DNA of 64,000 bases, from the NCBI GenBank assembly GCA_011109175.1, contig RDEW01000023.1, positions 345,225-409,224 on the forward strand, written 5' to 3'. Source of the DNA: Dicyema japonicum. Its lineage: Eukaryota > Animalia > Dicyemida. A program made the position numbers and the translations under genes. Below are positions 24,480 to 37,088 of the stretch, piece by piece; within the stretch, counting starts at the first letter, position 1, and each line of letters opens with the position of its first letter. Under the pieces are notes generated by a model. That model was not told the origin of the DNA, did no database searches, and saw only the letters and a program-made list of their open reading frames with translations.

Positions 24480-25538
24480 TAGTTTATATCGCATTTTTGT
24501 GATACTACTAGCATCTTTTAATTTTTAAAAATTTTTTCAATACTTGACTTTTTTTCCATTTTTGAAAATTTTTCCTTTATAAATTTTCGAAATTTAGCGC
24601 AAAACGGAAAAAAAGTCAAGTCCGTAATTTCGTTACGATACATGATCGTTTCATTTTAAAGTAAGCGAGTTTAGAATAACAAATTATTTAAATAGTTAAT
24701 TTTGGCTAATGTTAATGAATTAAAATGTCCCGCCACAACTAAAACTACACGTGGTGGAAATAAATTCTAAAAATAATTTTTCTACTTTTAAAATTTTTTT
24801 AAAATGTTATAAACATATGATTTTTATTTAACGTGAATCAAGGGATTATTTAATGTGAATCAAAAGAATATTTAATATTCCATGCAATTGCTTTTAGGGC
24901 TTCTCCTACTGTTTTTTTCCGTCCTGGCGATCCAGACATATATTTAAAAGTTTTTTGTCTATCAATCGTTTTTTTATTTGTTCTTGTTGAAATTCTTTTT
25001 CCAAAGGAATTAAAATCCGTATATTGATTAAGTCAAAAAGATTAAACCAAAGCGAAAAAAGTCAAGGTCAAAAAGATTAAACCAAAGCGAAAAAAGTTAA
25101 GTCAATTTTATTATATTAGGAATCCTTGGCCCCAAGCAGATGAGTTGGTTCGTAAGATCGGCTCCATGATTCAAGCTGTGACCAAGGATCTGCGAGAGAC
25201 TAGTTGGTTCCGAGAACGTATCTAGTTGGCTATTGTTAGGGGAAATAGCATGGCCATTCAGATGCCTTAATTTAATTTTTATTCATTTGATAATAAAAAA
25301 AAATTTTTATTATTACCTTGAAATTCTTAAATTGATTTAGTCAAAGCGATTATACCAAAGCGGAAAAAAGTCAAGTCCGTGATTTCGTTAGCGGACTTGA
25401 CTTTTTTTCCATTTTGCGCTAAATTTCGAAAATTTATAAGGGAAAAATTTTCAAAAAATGGAAAAAAAAGTCAAGTATTGAAAAAATTTTTAAAAATTAA
25501 AAGATGCTAGTAGTATCACAAAAATGCGATATAAACTA
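24480..25538. mobile_element. MITE / non-autonomous TIR element with ~145-bp TIRs and TA termini
   Basis: 24480-24624 is the inverted repeat of 25392-25538 (TAGTTTATATCGCATTTTTG...CAAAAATGCGATATAAACTA); iterated GGAAAAAAAGTCAAG motif. Confidence 0.85.
25118..25300 (+). mobile_element. 3' fragment of CRE-like retrotransposon inside the MITE
   Basis: GILGP...SWFRERI*LAIVRGNS, the C-terminal motif of RLE-type elements, then an AT-rich tail. Confidence 0.65.
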
Positions 25539-26479
25539 TCCGTGGTACAAGATGTTCATGGACTGCGAAACCTTGTCCGTAATGTTTAGACTCACTAGGG
25601 AAGAGAATAAGTTTATAGGTTCCATAGTGTTCACAGCATCCATCAGAGACCTTCGTTTCTTGCAGTTATTATGTCGCGTCCCGCACGGGTTATTCATCAA
25701 CTGCTGGTAACATTTCACCTGTCAATCACATGTCACTTGTCATTTCTTATCAAAAATCAAAGAATTTACGACATGTCACTTATCATCAAATCAACACTAA
25801 TTAGTTTATAATCAAAAATCAAAGAATGTATTTTCTTAAGTCTATATTTTCTTGACTCGAGTCATGTTGAATATTTTCAATTCTCCTGATCCTGCCTTAA
25901 TCTGTGATAAAAAAATTAAATAAACCTCTATTCGGTTGTTTGACAAAATTTGAGTAATTTTACTTAACTCTTCATGTGGAGATTCAAATCTGCCCAACCT
26001 TAGCGATGGATTTGTCTCGTGGTATTCTTCGATTCAACACTGTTGTGGAATCTTGTTCACGATAATCCTAAAAGTTTTAATATAGAAGAATTGGATTCCA
26101 TCAAAATATGAGTTAAATGTGGGAGATAGTGTATTCTATTTTTAATTACTTAAAGTTTCGTATTCAAAAAGATTATGAGACGAATCCTTCTCTTTGATTA
26201 AAAAAATTTGAACATCCGTATGAAAATCCAGTAGATATTATCGAGAAATTGTCTAACAATTTTGTCAAAGTCGAAGATAGTGCTGGGTCTATTGAGAAAT
26301 TTCATTCACGACGATTAAAAAAATTCAAGACGACTTGAAATATTAGTTAATTATCACTTGTTAATAATTGGCCTTAGTTAACTTTTATGTAATAGATTAT
26401 TTTTATTTTTGACGATGATTGACAGTGATGGATCACTCTCAGCGCTCGCGACATATTAATATGAAACGAGACTTCGATA

Positions 26480-28152
26480 GAAAGATTTGAGAGGAGCAGA
26501 CTGGCCGTTTTTCAGCGAGAAAAACCTAACATTATTTGTGGCGCGCCATCCGCGTTACAAATTGTATTCCTCGCTTACTGAACCAATTCTTCACTGGTTT
26601 TCGAGGACAAGATTATCTGTTCGGAGACTAGAGTTCAACAAGGGGACCACCCACATGGTCCACTACTCTTTGCTCTGGCCATCGATGATATTGTCCCGCT
26701 TTATAAACACACAACTAAACCTCTGGTATCTTGATGACGCCACGATTGGAGGGCCGTGGAGAGTTCACGACGTTTTGTCATGCCGTGCCGGCACTACGAA
26801 ACCTCGGACTTGAGATAAACATAAAGAAATCGGAGCTAATAAATTTCACATACTCGGAGAGTGATTTTATCAACGTGGTCGAGTCTTTCAACTCGGTACT
26901 ACCTAGAATTACTGTCGTACCCAGGAGCAGACATACTTTCTTGGATGCCCACTTGACGAAAAGGGACTGCGGAGCCATCTACTAACAAAAGAGGATAACT
27001 CTCTAGAGTCACGGAGAAATTCTCCTTACTCGATGCTCATACAGCGTTCTTCCTTTTGAAGAATAGCATCGGCTTGCCCAAACTCCTATATGCTCTCCGA
27101 TGTTCTCCCTGCTTCAAACATCGTGACATCCTCCTGTCACTGGATAGGAATTGTGAAAATCAGCTGAATTGCTTCTAAACATCCACTTTGATCTGCCGAG
27201 TTGGAACCAATGCAAGCTTCCTACACGCCTCGGAGGAACGGGTCTCAGGTCGGCGCTGGAGATCGCCTTTCCAGCATATGTGTCATCGCTCTCAAGTGGA
27301 AGCCTTTTGGTCCTACGTTTTCCAACCGGACTTTCTTGTGAAAGAGTCTTCACGAAGCTCGTCGCGAATGGTGTGAAACTAGTTTGGATATGCCGAACGA
27401 TCCTTCGAGGCAACGTGACTGGGATGATATTACTCTAAGAATATTTTCGACGTGGTAAAGTCTGAGGCCAACCAGCATCGTCTTGCATGCCTCGTGTCCG
27501 TTGCCAACCATGGTAGCGGAGCGTGGCTGGATGCACTTCCGTGTTCCTCCTGGGGACCCTTTTGGACGATGACTGTATTCGGATTGGGATCGCACAACGC
27601 CTGGGAGTTGATGTTTGCGTCGAACACCAATATTGTTGTGGAGTGATCGTCGATGCCAAAAGAGTGCGGGCAGAGCACCCCGCCATGCTGCTATGAACAA
27701 CATTGTCATGCGAGCTCTTGAACGGCAGTACTGGAGCCTGGGATTGGACCGCGGAGATAGGAAAGGACCGGATGGGTTAACTATTTTTCCGTTCACTGAG
27801 GGAAAATCGCTCGTATGGGACTGCACTGTTGTGGATTCTTTCTCGAACTCGATGATACTCAGCTCGGCGCAGTCTGCTGGATCGGCAGCCGATCTGGCCG
27901 AGAAAATCAAGATTAAAAAATATGGCGAAATTGGAGACCGCTACCGTATTGTACCGGTAGCAATCGAGACGTCTGGTGTGGCCGGAAGTATTACAGCCTC
28001 TTTCCTAAAGGAAGTCAAGGGGAATTGGCCCACCGCAAGAAAGATGTACGGGAAGCGGTCTGGCTGGAGCAACGAATTGGTATCGCAGTTGTTCGCGGAA
28101 ACGCTTACTCCGTGATGTCAGCAGCCGCTCTCCCCCATAGTTAATAAATAAT
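26480..28152 (+). mobile_element. Decayed CRE-like (RT + restriction-like endonuclease) non-LTR element
   Basis: GVQQGD, WYLDDATIGG, LPTRLGGTGL, SGAWLDALP, RHAAMN, PDGLTIFP, WDCTV, PVAIETSG. Confidence 0.85.
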
Positions 28153-28591
28153 ATTTTATTGTTAATAAATTTTTCACTATAAAAAAGGATAAACTTAGTG
28201 ATACACTAAGCTTATTTATGAAATTAGATCTATACTTTCTAACTATTCTGAATGGAATAGAATGACCCGATGGATGATCACTAGAAGGCTAAAAAAGTAA
28301 GGCGTTGCTATTAAAACCATACTTGAAAAGTCACAGACTGTATCAATAGTCCTATCAGAAACTGATAGTTTTAAAATAAATTATTATGCAACCCAAACAC
28401 ACAAAAGTAACTACAGTCGACACTCGCAAATTGGCCACTAAAAGAGTCATTTACCTTACTATCCAACTAAATATAATTATAATTATCAACATAATTGCAA
28501 ATCCACGCCTAATTGAGATTACTGTATTAATTTACTTTTAGAATCTTGACTGAGATCACTTTTTGCATTTCTTTAATATTTATTTAGTGTT

Positions 28592-29760
28592 GCGTTATGT
28601 GGTTCACCGATTCTGTAAATATTGGTAACACCCAGAGGGCACCTAATGTTCCTCCAAAAAGAACCATTAAACATTTACCTCCTAGGAAACTGCATTCACT
28701 ATCATCTTCATCTACCCGGAAAAGAACCCAAAGTCTACCGCAAGAAACGAACCACGGTTCTCCAACTAAATGTCAATGGAGTAAGGTCAAACTATTGGAA
28801 CTGCCCTCTCTCTTGGCAAAGTTGAAGATCGACGTGGCTTTAATTAAATAGACTAAACTGCCTATATACAGTCCTATCCCGGTGTTCCCAGGATACAAGT
28901 CAATACGGACTGACCGGAAGAGTAAGCGGGGTGGAGGTTTACTCATTTTATATCGGAAAGACCTTAAATGAATGGACATCATTTCAGTGGTGAAGAATAT
29001 CTTGGAGACGACGATGTTCTGAAGTCAATAAAGTCTCACTTGGAACAACAAATGGAAAAATTTCCTCTGTGAACGTCTATGTGCCACCACCTGGTTCTTA
29101 CACTATGCCCAATTTATCTACTTTGGCTTCCTTGAACGACGTGATCATTGGCGGGGATATCAACGTCAAACCTTCTCTATGGCTGGCAAGTCAACTGTCC
29201 CACTCAAGAGGAATAGTACTACTTTCGCACACAGGACCTTTAACGGTCATGAATGACCCGTCAAAACATACGAGAACCCCTTCAAGTAGTCAGACCAACT
29301 AACTTCTCCAGACATCACGCTTTGTTCTTCCGGCCTGGCGGCAATATCGACTTGGTCAGTCACTTACAACTCAAGAAGTGACCATAATACGATCCTTCTG
29401 AAGATCAAGAGAGAAACGTCAATTAGGAAAAAGTCCCCAGAACAGTTCAACTACAAACGCGCAGACTGGAGACTTTACTGTACACTTGCTGACAACTTAC
29501 TACAGTACCTGGATAGCATTACTTCCATGGACAAAGTAGTCACTTATGTAAACCGAACTATCTTGAATGCGAGATCAGTATCTGTACCTAAACACCACCT
29601 TAACTACACCAGGAGATATTGCAAATCGGCATTAACCAAGGAAAGAAACAAACTCAAAAAGTCTGGCCGATTAACTAATGAGGATAAGCTTAGATTGAAA
29701 GCTTTGAACAATGAACTAAAAACAGGAAGTAAAAGCACAAATATCAAGATGGAAGCATGT
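28592..29760 (+). mobile_element. 5' half of a Vingi-like LINE with pseudoknot (28592-28666)
   Basis: P2 TGGTTC/GAACCA, P3 ACCGAT/ATTGGT; VLQLNVNGV, NVYVPP, IGGDIN, SDH; no 2A motif recognised. Confidence 0.8.
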
Positions 29761-29761
29761 G

Positions 29762-32688
29762 TTATTATTTACCCCAGGATCACTGGGTCAAAGAAAAAAG
29801 AAATAAAAGTTCTCATCTAACTAAGTGATCCCAGACCGACAAAGGAGAGGACGAGTCCGGCGGGGTCGAGAATCCTGAACAGCTCTTCTCATTGGACATG
29901 GCATCGGCTCAAATTTTTTGTATGATTGTAGATAATTTGATAGTGTATGGAATAGAGGGAAGCTCGGTAAAATAGCCTCCTATAAAAGTTTCCGTTGTAA
30001 TTCGATTAAGAAATTTTCAATGGGCTGGATTTTGTGTTCTGGTCCAATTAACCTTATTACAGTTTCCTCGATTGCGGATAGTTTCAATGAGGAAGATCGT
30101 GAAATCTGCAGTGCCCATGAAGGACTTGCATACGTCATCGTTGGTCGGATAAATTATTCATAATCATGGCAAGGCCACCAGTTTTTCTCTAAGTGTTTGA
30201 GAGCACTTTTAACATTCTCATTTTCTTAGAGCAGAAGTTACTTTGTTTTCAACATGCCAGATAAAAGTGAGTCCCTGATCAAAGGTTACTCCCAGAATCT
30301 TCGGTGTTTTGTTAATAAGAATAGCTCGTTTTTCATAAAGATTTTTGGTTCTATACAGAGCTGTCTTTTGTAGGTGGTAAACAGTGTGACAAAGGACTTT
30401 GTTGCTGATGTGTCGAGTCTCCGCTTTGAGAGCCATAGTTCCAGCTTGTCAAGCATTTGTCGAGCGAACTGAGTCGCTGATTAAATGCTTCTGTCCTTGG
30501 AGGCAAGAATGATATCGTCGGCATAGGAGAGATTAGACAGTTTTCATTACAGATTTGTGGCATGTCGTTTATGTAGAGATTGAAGAGTTGGAGTGATAGT
30601 GGGGAGTCTTGAGGGACTCCATTTGGAATATAGCGAGATCTTGATTTGATGTTGTCGCAGAGTATTTGTGCTCGTCTTCCATTTAGGAAGTTTCCAAGCC
30701 AAAGTTTCAGGTTCGGATAGATAGTTGGTTTCAAATATTTTCTTTGTTAGGAGTTTCCTAGGGACTGAATCGAACGCTTTTGTGATGTCCACGGATATAA
30801 GTACTGTCCTCTGATGGGGTTTGGGGGAGTTAAATCCTTCCGCAATGAATTGTGTGAGGGTTGTAAGGTGTGTTGTAGTCGAATAATTATTCGGAATCGG
30901 TGCTAGGTCGGAGGTATTAAGATTGAGTCTTGTATTTTTTCCAAGACAAGCCTTTCAAGGATCCTTGAGACCGGACTTAGAATAGATATTGGGCGATAGG
31001 AAAGATGGTTCATCTATTGGTTTGTTGGGTTTTCTGATAGGTCTGATTAGAGACTTCTTCCATATTTCAGGGATTGTATTTGTGTTAATGGATAGGTTGA
31101 AGATATAGGCTAATAGTTCCAGGGCTCGATGGCGTAGGTGCTTCAGTTCACATGTGGTTATGTTGTCTGGTCTTTTGGCTCTGAGTTGTTGGCTTTGGAT
31201 ATGGCTCTGCGAACATCCTGACTAGTAAATAGGATCCAGTCATCGGAGCGTTTCGGTTCAATATTTTTCAGGAATACTTGGTGTTCTTTTGAAAACTTCT
31301 TGTAGGAGAAAGACGTGTAATATTTTATCAGATTGTCTGGTTTTATGTAGACTTCGACTTTTCTCTCTGGGAGGATCTTTTGATGTTCTTGATCCACTTC
31401 CACACTCTCTGCATTGGGGGGTTTTTGCAGAGAGCCTTCGATAGTCTCGTCATCTACTTGCATTTTCTGCCTTTATGTTGTTGTCGATCTCTCTGTTTAA
31501 TTTTCGTATTTTTCTGATGTTCTCTTTTGTTGGTGATTTTACCATCTTTAGATTATTTCGTTCTCTGATCAGATGTTTCGTCGTTGTGTTGAAACGTTTT
31601 GATGACGTAGGTTGTCTCTTCATAGGAATGTACTTCTTTTTCGCAGTGTTTATAATGAGTTGAACCATCTTACTAATTGTTCGACGAGGGGAGAAGTGGA
31701 GAAATTTAATAGTCCAATACAATTAAAATTAACTGTTCTTTACTTAAATAAAGTGTGTGTCCTGCCTATGCGGAGCTATAAATACTATGGCTCTCGTGAA
31801 AAGGCTTTATTATTATTAATACAATTATCGACGTATTCCTTGAATCCTATCCAATTCGCAAGGTTGTAGTTAGTTATCGTTGGACATTGTCCTTTTATCC
31901 GTGACCTTGTTTTGACTTCCAAAAATATTGGATTGTGATCACTTCCTGGTGTCATACTTCACTGACCAGTCAATAAGAGGGGCCAAGGACGGTGATGACA
32001 ATGAGATGTCGATAGAAGAAGGTTTATCGTTACGTCGAGTGTATGAGATGCAGGATCGTTGAGTATACATAGGTCCTCAATTATCATCTTCCCTCTTTTG
32101 TCGTAGGTTTGTCCTGTCAGCCACAGTGAGTGCTTCGCATTGAAGTCACCACAGATAATCACATCCTTCAGTGATGCGAGAGGAGTTAGTCTGGGAGCAC
32201 TAGACGAGCAGGAACTCAACGGTGGGAGATATGCGTTGACAATTATTATTGATAGTCTTGGGAATCGTACTTTGGTAACCAAAAATTAGAGATTTCCATA
32301 TCCTTTAAGCATAGTGTAAGCACTGTTAGTTAAGTCCTCAAACGGAATGCCGTTGCGGATAACTGTGAGAATATCCCCACCAAGTTTGCCAATTCCGTCA
32401 CGGCGAATTACTGAGAATCCCGGAAATACTGGTGTTGAATTCTTTGGAGAAAGTTTAGACTCTTGAATTAGCAACAGATCGATGTGATTTTTTACAAATG
32501 TCCGAAGTTCGAGTATCTTGCTCTTGATTCTATTTATGTTGAATTGGACTATTCTGATGGTCCAGGGTTTGCCTCAACGTCTCCGCAGCGGCGCAGGCCT
32601 TCCTTATTGGTCTACCCGTAAAGATAGGGGAAAGTGTGGTTCTTTTTTTCCAAATGCCACCACGTCGTCGGCGAGCCACATGACAATT
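29762..32688 (-). mobile_element. Near full-length decayed Vingi-like LINE
   Basis: P4-less 5' pseudoknot 32635-32688; RRCGDVEANPGP (motif 32558-32581); APE, RT (DITKAFD, GVPQD); 3' stem 29774-29834 then GGGGTAAAATAATAA. Confidence 0.85.
31726..31817 (+). mobile_element. 5'-truncated tRNA-SINE copy inserted in a LINE
   Basis: Matches the 3' end of 18598-18913; TSD AATACAATTA at 31716-31725 and 31818-31827. Confidence 0.9.
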
Positions 32689-32689
32689 T

Positions 32690-33942
32690 TTTCTATTATT
32701 AAGCATGTGTTCTCCTCGTTGAATAGAAATAAGCCCACTACTGAAATTTGGAAGACCATCCGAGACGCCTCAAGAGAAGATGAAAGATCGTCCGAGGTGG
32801 ATAACAGCCAAAAGGACTTAAACAACCTAATAAAATACTATGTGAAAATATCCCATAAGGACAATAAGAAGTCGGATGTATCCCCGAAATATCTCAGTAA
32901 ACCGAAAAAGGAACCGGATTAGATTCACTGAAAACGACGTGAGATGTGTATTGAAAGCCATTAAAACAACCTATTCTAACGGACCGGCTAAAATCCCAAT
33001 GATCTCCTAACTCCATAGACGTCCACAAAGCTTTTAACTCTGTGTCAAGGAGGATTCTTACTTGGAAAATTTACCAAACAAAGATCCCTGGAAAGCTCAA
33101 ACTCTGGCTAGCAAACTTCCTTAGTAGTCGAAGGGTACGTGTCTGCATTGGCCAGTCAAGGTCTATTTAACGGCTTCTCCCTAATGGGGTTCCCCAAAAA
33201 TCCCCTTTGTCTCAAGTTTTATTCAACCTATTCATGGCAAACCTCCCCACTCCAGACTCCGAAAATGATGTTATTCTAACTTATGCTGACAACATCGTCA
33301 TTGCGTCACGCGATCAGAACATCCAGATTGCCATTTCGCGATTGCAAGAAAATCTGGACCATGTTGACAAATGGCTATCGAAGAATCGTCTAACTGCCAG
33401 CAGTGAAAAGTCCATGACAACCCTATTCACTTCAGACAAGAGACTGGGAAGACGGACAGTCAAATTAAAGGCAAAAAATGAACCTATTACTTTCAGAAAA
33501 TCCCAAAGGATCCTTAGGTAAATCTTGAGATGCATATGTTTTTCTCGCCTCATGTTGAAAACTTAATTACGAAATGCGAAAAGAAAACTAATTTTCTGAA
33601 ATGCCTCATGGAAGATCGAAAAGCATTCTGTTTTGAGCTCTATATATAAACAATTCATTGAACCATGTATCTCTTCTTTTGTGGTATATGGGGCCCATTC
33701 ATCTTTTGGACGAATGTCTCGAAGATCGAGGCTAGCCGAAAAAGAGCCTCCAAAATCACAGAACGCTGAATTTCTGGAGAGTTTTAGCCACCATTGCCAC
33801 TTGAAGCCTTGATACAAATGAACCATGGAACGCGCCGTCATGACTGCGAAGACTTAGTCACTCGACCGATACGTGCTTGTGTGGGGTCGAGGGAGGAGCA
33901 TCGGGCCAAGATGAGGTACCTGCTAGAGCGTGCTGGGATCAC
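32690..33942 (+). mobile_element. 3' part of a Vingi-like LINE (deleted)
   Basis: DVHKAFNSV, GVPQ, TYADN fragments; ends GCTGGGATCAC. Confidence 0.8.
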
Positions 33943-33996
33943 ATTATTTATTTATTTATTATTTATTAACCCCGGATACACCGAGAAAGAAGTTAA
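33943..33996 (-). mobile_element. 3'-end fragment of the Vingi-dependent SINE
   Basis: TTTATTAACCCCGGATACACCGAGAAAGAAG matches 4932-4962. Confidence 0.8.
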
Positions 33997-36305
33997 ATGG
34001 AATTAAAGGAAAAATCATGGAACTCCACTCACTCCTGGCTTGTCAAAAGATTTACGTTGCGATGATTCAAGAGACCAAAATCTCTTTTAATGAACCTACC
34101 CCTACATTCCCAGGATATAAAGCTATCAGGAAGGACCGTAAAAAAAAAGGTCGAGCTCTGCTCACTCTATTCAAAAAGAACTTGAAATGCAGAGACATCT
34201 CGGAAATGAGGAAACTTGTTGGGAATGATGATGTAACAGAAATAATTGGAATCTCGCTCTGGACAACGGAAGGAAGACTATGCTTTGTGAATATCTACTT
34301 TCCGCCTTTTGGTTCCTGTCCGAAGAGCTATGTTATGCCAAACCTATCAGGACTGTCTTCCTTCGATGAGATCATCATCTGCGGGGATTTGAATGCGAAG
34401 CATCTAATATGGCTGTCAACTCAACTAGCTGACATGAGAGGGATACTATTATTATCGCAAACGGACTCCTTAACGATATTGAATGATCCATCGAGAAATA
34501 CAAGGACACCACTGAGAGAGACAGATAAACCTACTTCACCGGACGTAACACTCTGCTCATCGTCGCTTTCATCAAAAATTGATTGGTCAGTTCTCTATGA
34601 AACAAGAAGCGACCACAATCCAATTGTGGTGAAGATCAAAAGAGAGGCCAACGTGAGGAGAATTCCTAGCAGCTACAATTATAAATGTGCTAACTGAAAA
34701 TTGTATCGTGAAATCTTAGAAGATAAAATGAAGAATTGTTACTTGGATAGCATCAGTTCTCTGGAGATTGTCATCAGCTACTTTACCCAAATAATCTTGG
34801 AAGCAAGATCAAGGGCTATACCCAAACATTACTTAAATTCGTCGAGTCGTTGAGGGAAGACGAATTTGATTAAAGAAAGAAATCTGCTTAAAAAAATTTA
34901 ATGAGAAAGAGGTGAGGGATACAATACATTCCGTAAAAACGACATACTCCCACGGACCAGACAACATTCCTGTTATCTTATTAAAAAATCTTGGAGACGG
35001 AGGAGTCACTTTCCTAACGTCGATTTTCAACTATTCAAGTAATCAGAATGTGATACCGTTGTTATTGAAAACAGGCTCTAATACGGCCAGTACTGAGACC
35101 AGGAAGACCGAGAGATGACCCAGCGTCTTTTAAACCGGTTTCACTGCTATGTTCAATGTCAAAAATTCTGGAGAGGCTTGTGCTCGGGAAAATAAAAAAT
35201 TTTACCAGAAAAGACTTTCAACATGGATTCAAAAAATGAGAGATCCACATCTACATACTTGCAAACATTGACCAAATTCATTCGAGTCGGATTCAAAACC
35301 AAGCCGAGACACTTTATAACAGTGCTCTGCTCGATCAACATACATAAGGCTTTTGACTCAGTCTCGAGGAAGATTTCATCGAGAAAAATATTTCAATCGG
35401 AGATCCCAGGGAAGGTAAAGTTTTGGATTATTAACTTCCTAAGTGGACGAAGGGGACGTGTTTGCCTCGGAGGTCTGAAATCAATCTCACGGCTCCTCCC
35501 AAACGGAGTCCCTCGAGGATCACCTTTATCTCCTGCTCTGTTTAATCTCTTTCTGGCTGATATCCCGAGTCTTGAATCTGATAGTGATGTTCTACTTTTT
35601 TATGCGAATGATATTGTGTTGGCTTCGAGAGATCAGGACATCCAGAAGGCCACAGAAAAATACAAATTAACCTGGACAGACTTAATGCCTGGATAATGGA
35701 AAACCGGCTTATGGTGAATGCAGGGAAGTCGTCTACGTCACTATTTACCTCTTACAAAAGATTGGGAAAGAAGACAGTCACCTTGAAGTTAAACAAGGTC
35801 GGCATCCCTTTTATATGTCAAAAAATCTTGGGTGTGACAATTGATATGCATCTCTGTTTAACACCTCACGTAGAAACATTGTATTGAAATGCGAGAAGAA
35901 ACTGAACGTATTGAAAAGTTTATCTGGAATATGGAAGAGTGGTACTCACCCAGTCTTGATAGACGTATACAAACAATACATCGAGCCATGTTTCTCATAT
36001 GCATGTGCCTCGTGGGGACCGTCCATATCTTGGACAAATATGAGGAAAATTGAGGAAATGCAAAAGAGGGCTTACGAAGCTGTGAAGATCATCGACCAGG
36101 ACCTACGCCTCTGAAGGCCCTTATGAGACTAGACTCCAGATCACGGGAAGTTGGCCTGAAAATTCAGGCAGCCGTCTTGTACGTTTATGCGCGGGCACGA
36201 AGGAAGAACACCGGGCAAAGATGAGGTCTCTGTTAAAATTTTCATTGGGATCACGTGATAATTAGTTTTGTTTTATTGTGGTCTTGGGTTAAATAAATAA
36301 AATAA
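33997..36305 (+). mobile_element. Decayed Vingi-like LINE lacking 5' end
   Basis: APE ORF (IQETK, ICGDLNAK, SPDVT, SDH), RT fragments, 3' stem 36245-36287 and TAAA tail. Confidence 0.85.
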
Positions 36306-37088
36306 AAAAATTATTTATTCAAAAATACCCTTTTGCTGACTTAACCTCCGCTTAACCAGGAGAAATATTAGTTAATGTTGATTAAACTCAATAATTGTAT
36401 CAAACTATTTTTTACTCTTCTTGACTCATTTCTCAGTACTCTGGTTTTATTTGGTACTTTAATTACTTCATCCCGGTGTTAGCCTCAAGTCTAAAATAGA
36501 TAATATTTGGCTAAGAAAATCAACTTTTACGTTATTTTGAGAATAATTTTTTTTCTCCTTAAGTTTCTAATTTTTTTTTCAATAACACTATTTTTAGAAT
36601 TTTAGCAGTGGATATCGAACTGATGCTTTATTCAAAATTACATTCATGATACCTCATTAGTTAAATTCAAGTGATTATAAAGATTAATTTAAAGTTTAAT
36701 TAATGAATTAGATTTATTAAAATAAAAAATTTGTCAATATCTATATTAATTCTGGTTAGTTTCAGTTTTGTCTGATAAGTGACTATCTAATGGAAATTCT
36801 GTATTTTTATTTTATAGTATTTTCTGCTAACTGTCCAAGGAAGATAACTTTTAATTACAAAGTTCGAATTTTTCCTTTTCATGTCGATTTCATCGATTTG
36901 TTGTTCTTCAAGGAAATTTACTTTATCTAACAGACTCATCTTATTAAGATCTAGTTGCATCTACAATAAACTAAAATTTCCAACTTTTTTCAAGATACCT
37001 CTATTGGGAATCCTAGGAGGTTTTTGTTGTGAAAAAACGCGGAAAAGTTTCCAGTGATCTCCTAACTTTTTTTGTTTTTTCCGTTTAA

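Larger units (their letters stand above)
22425..26453 (+). mobile_element. Ginger-type DNA transposon defined by TGT..ACA TIRs, hosting nested insertions
   Basis: TIR TGTTGCGAGCGCTGAGAGTGAT (22425-22446) and ATCACTCTCAGCGCTCGCGACA (26432-26453), 21/22 match; integrase C-terminal GPY/F-like remnant at ~26200-26340. Confidence 0.7.
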
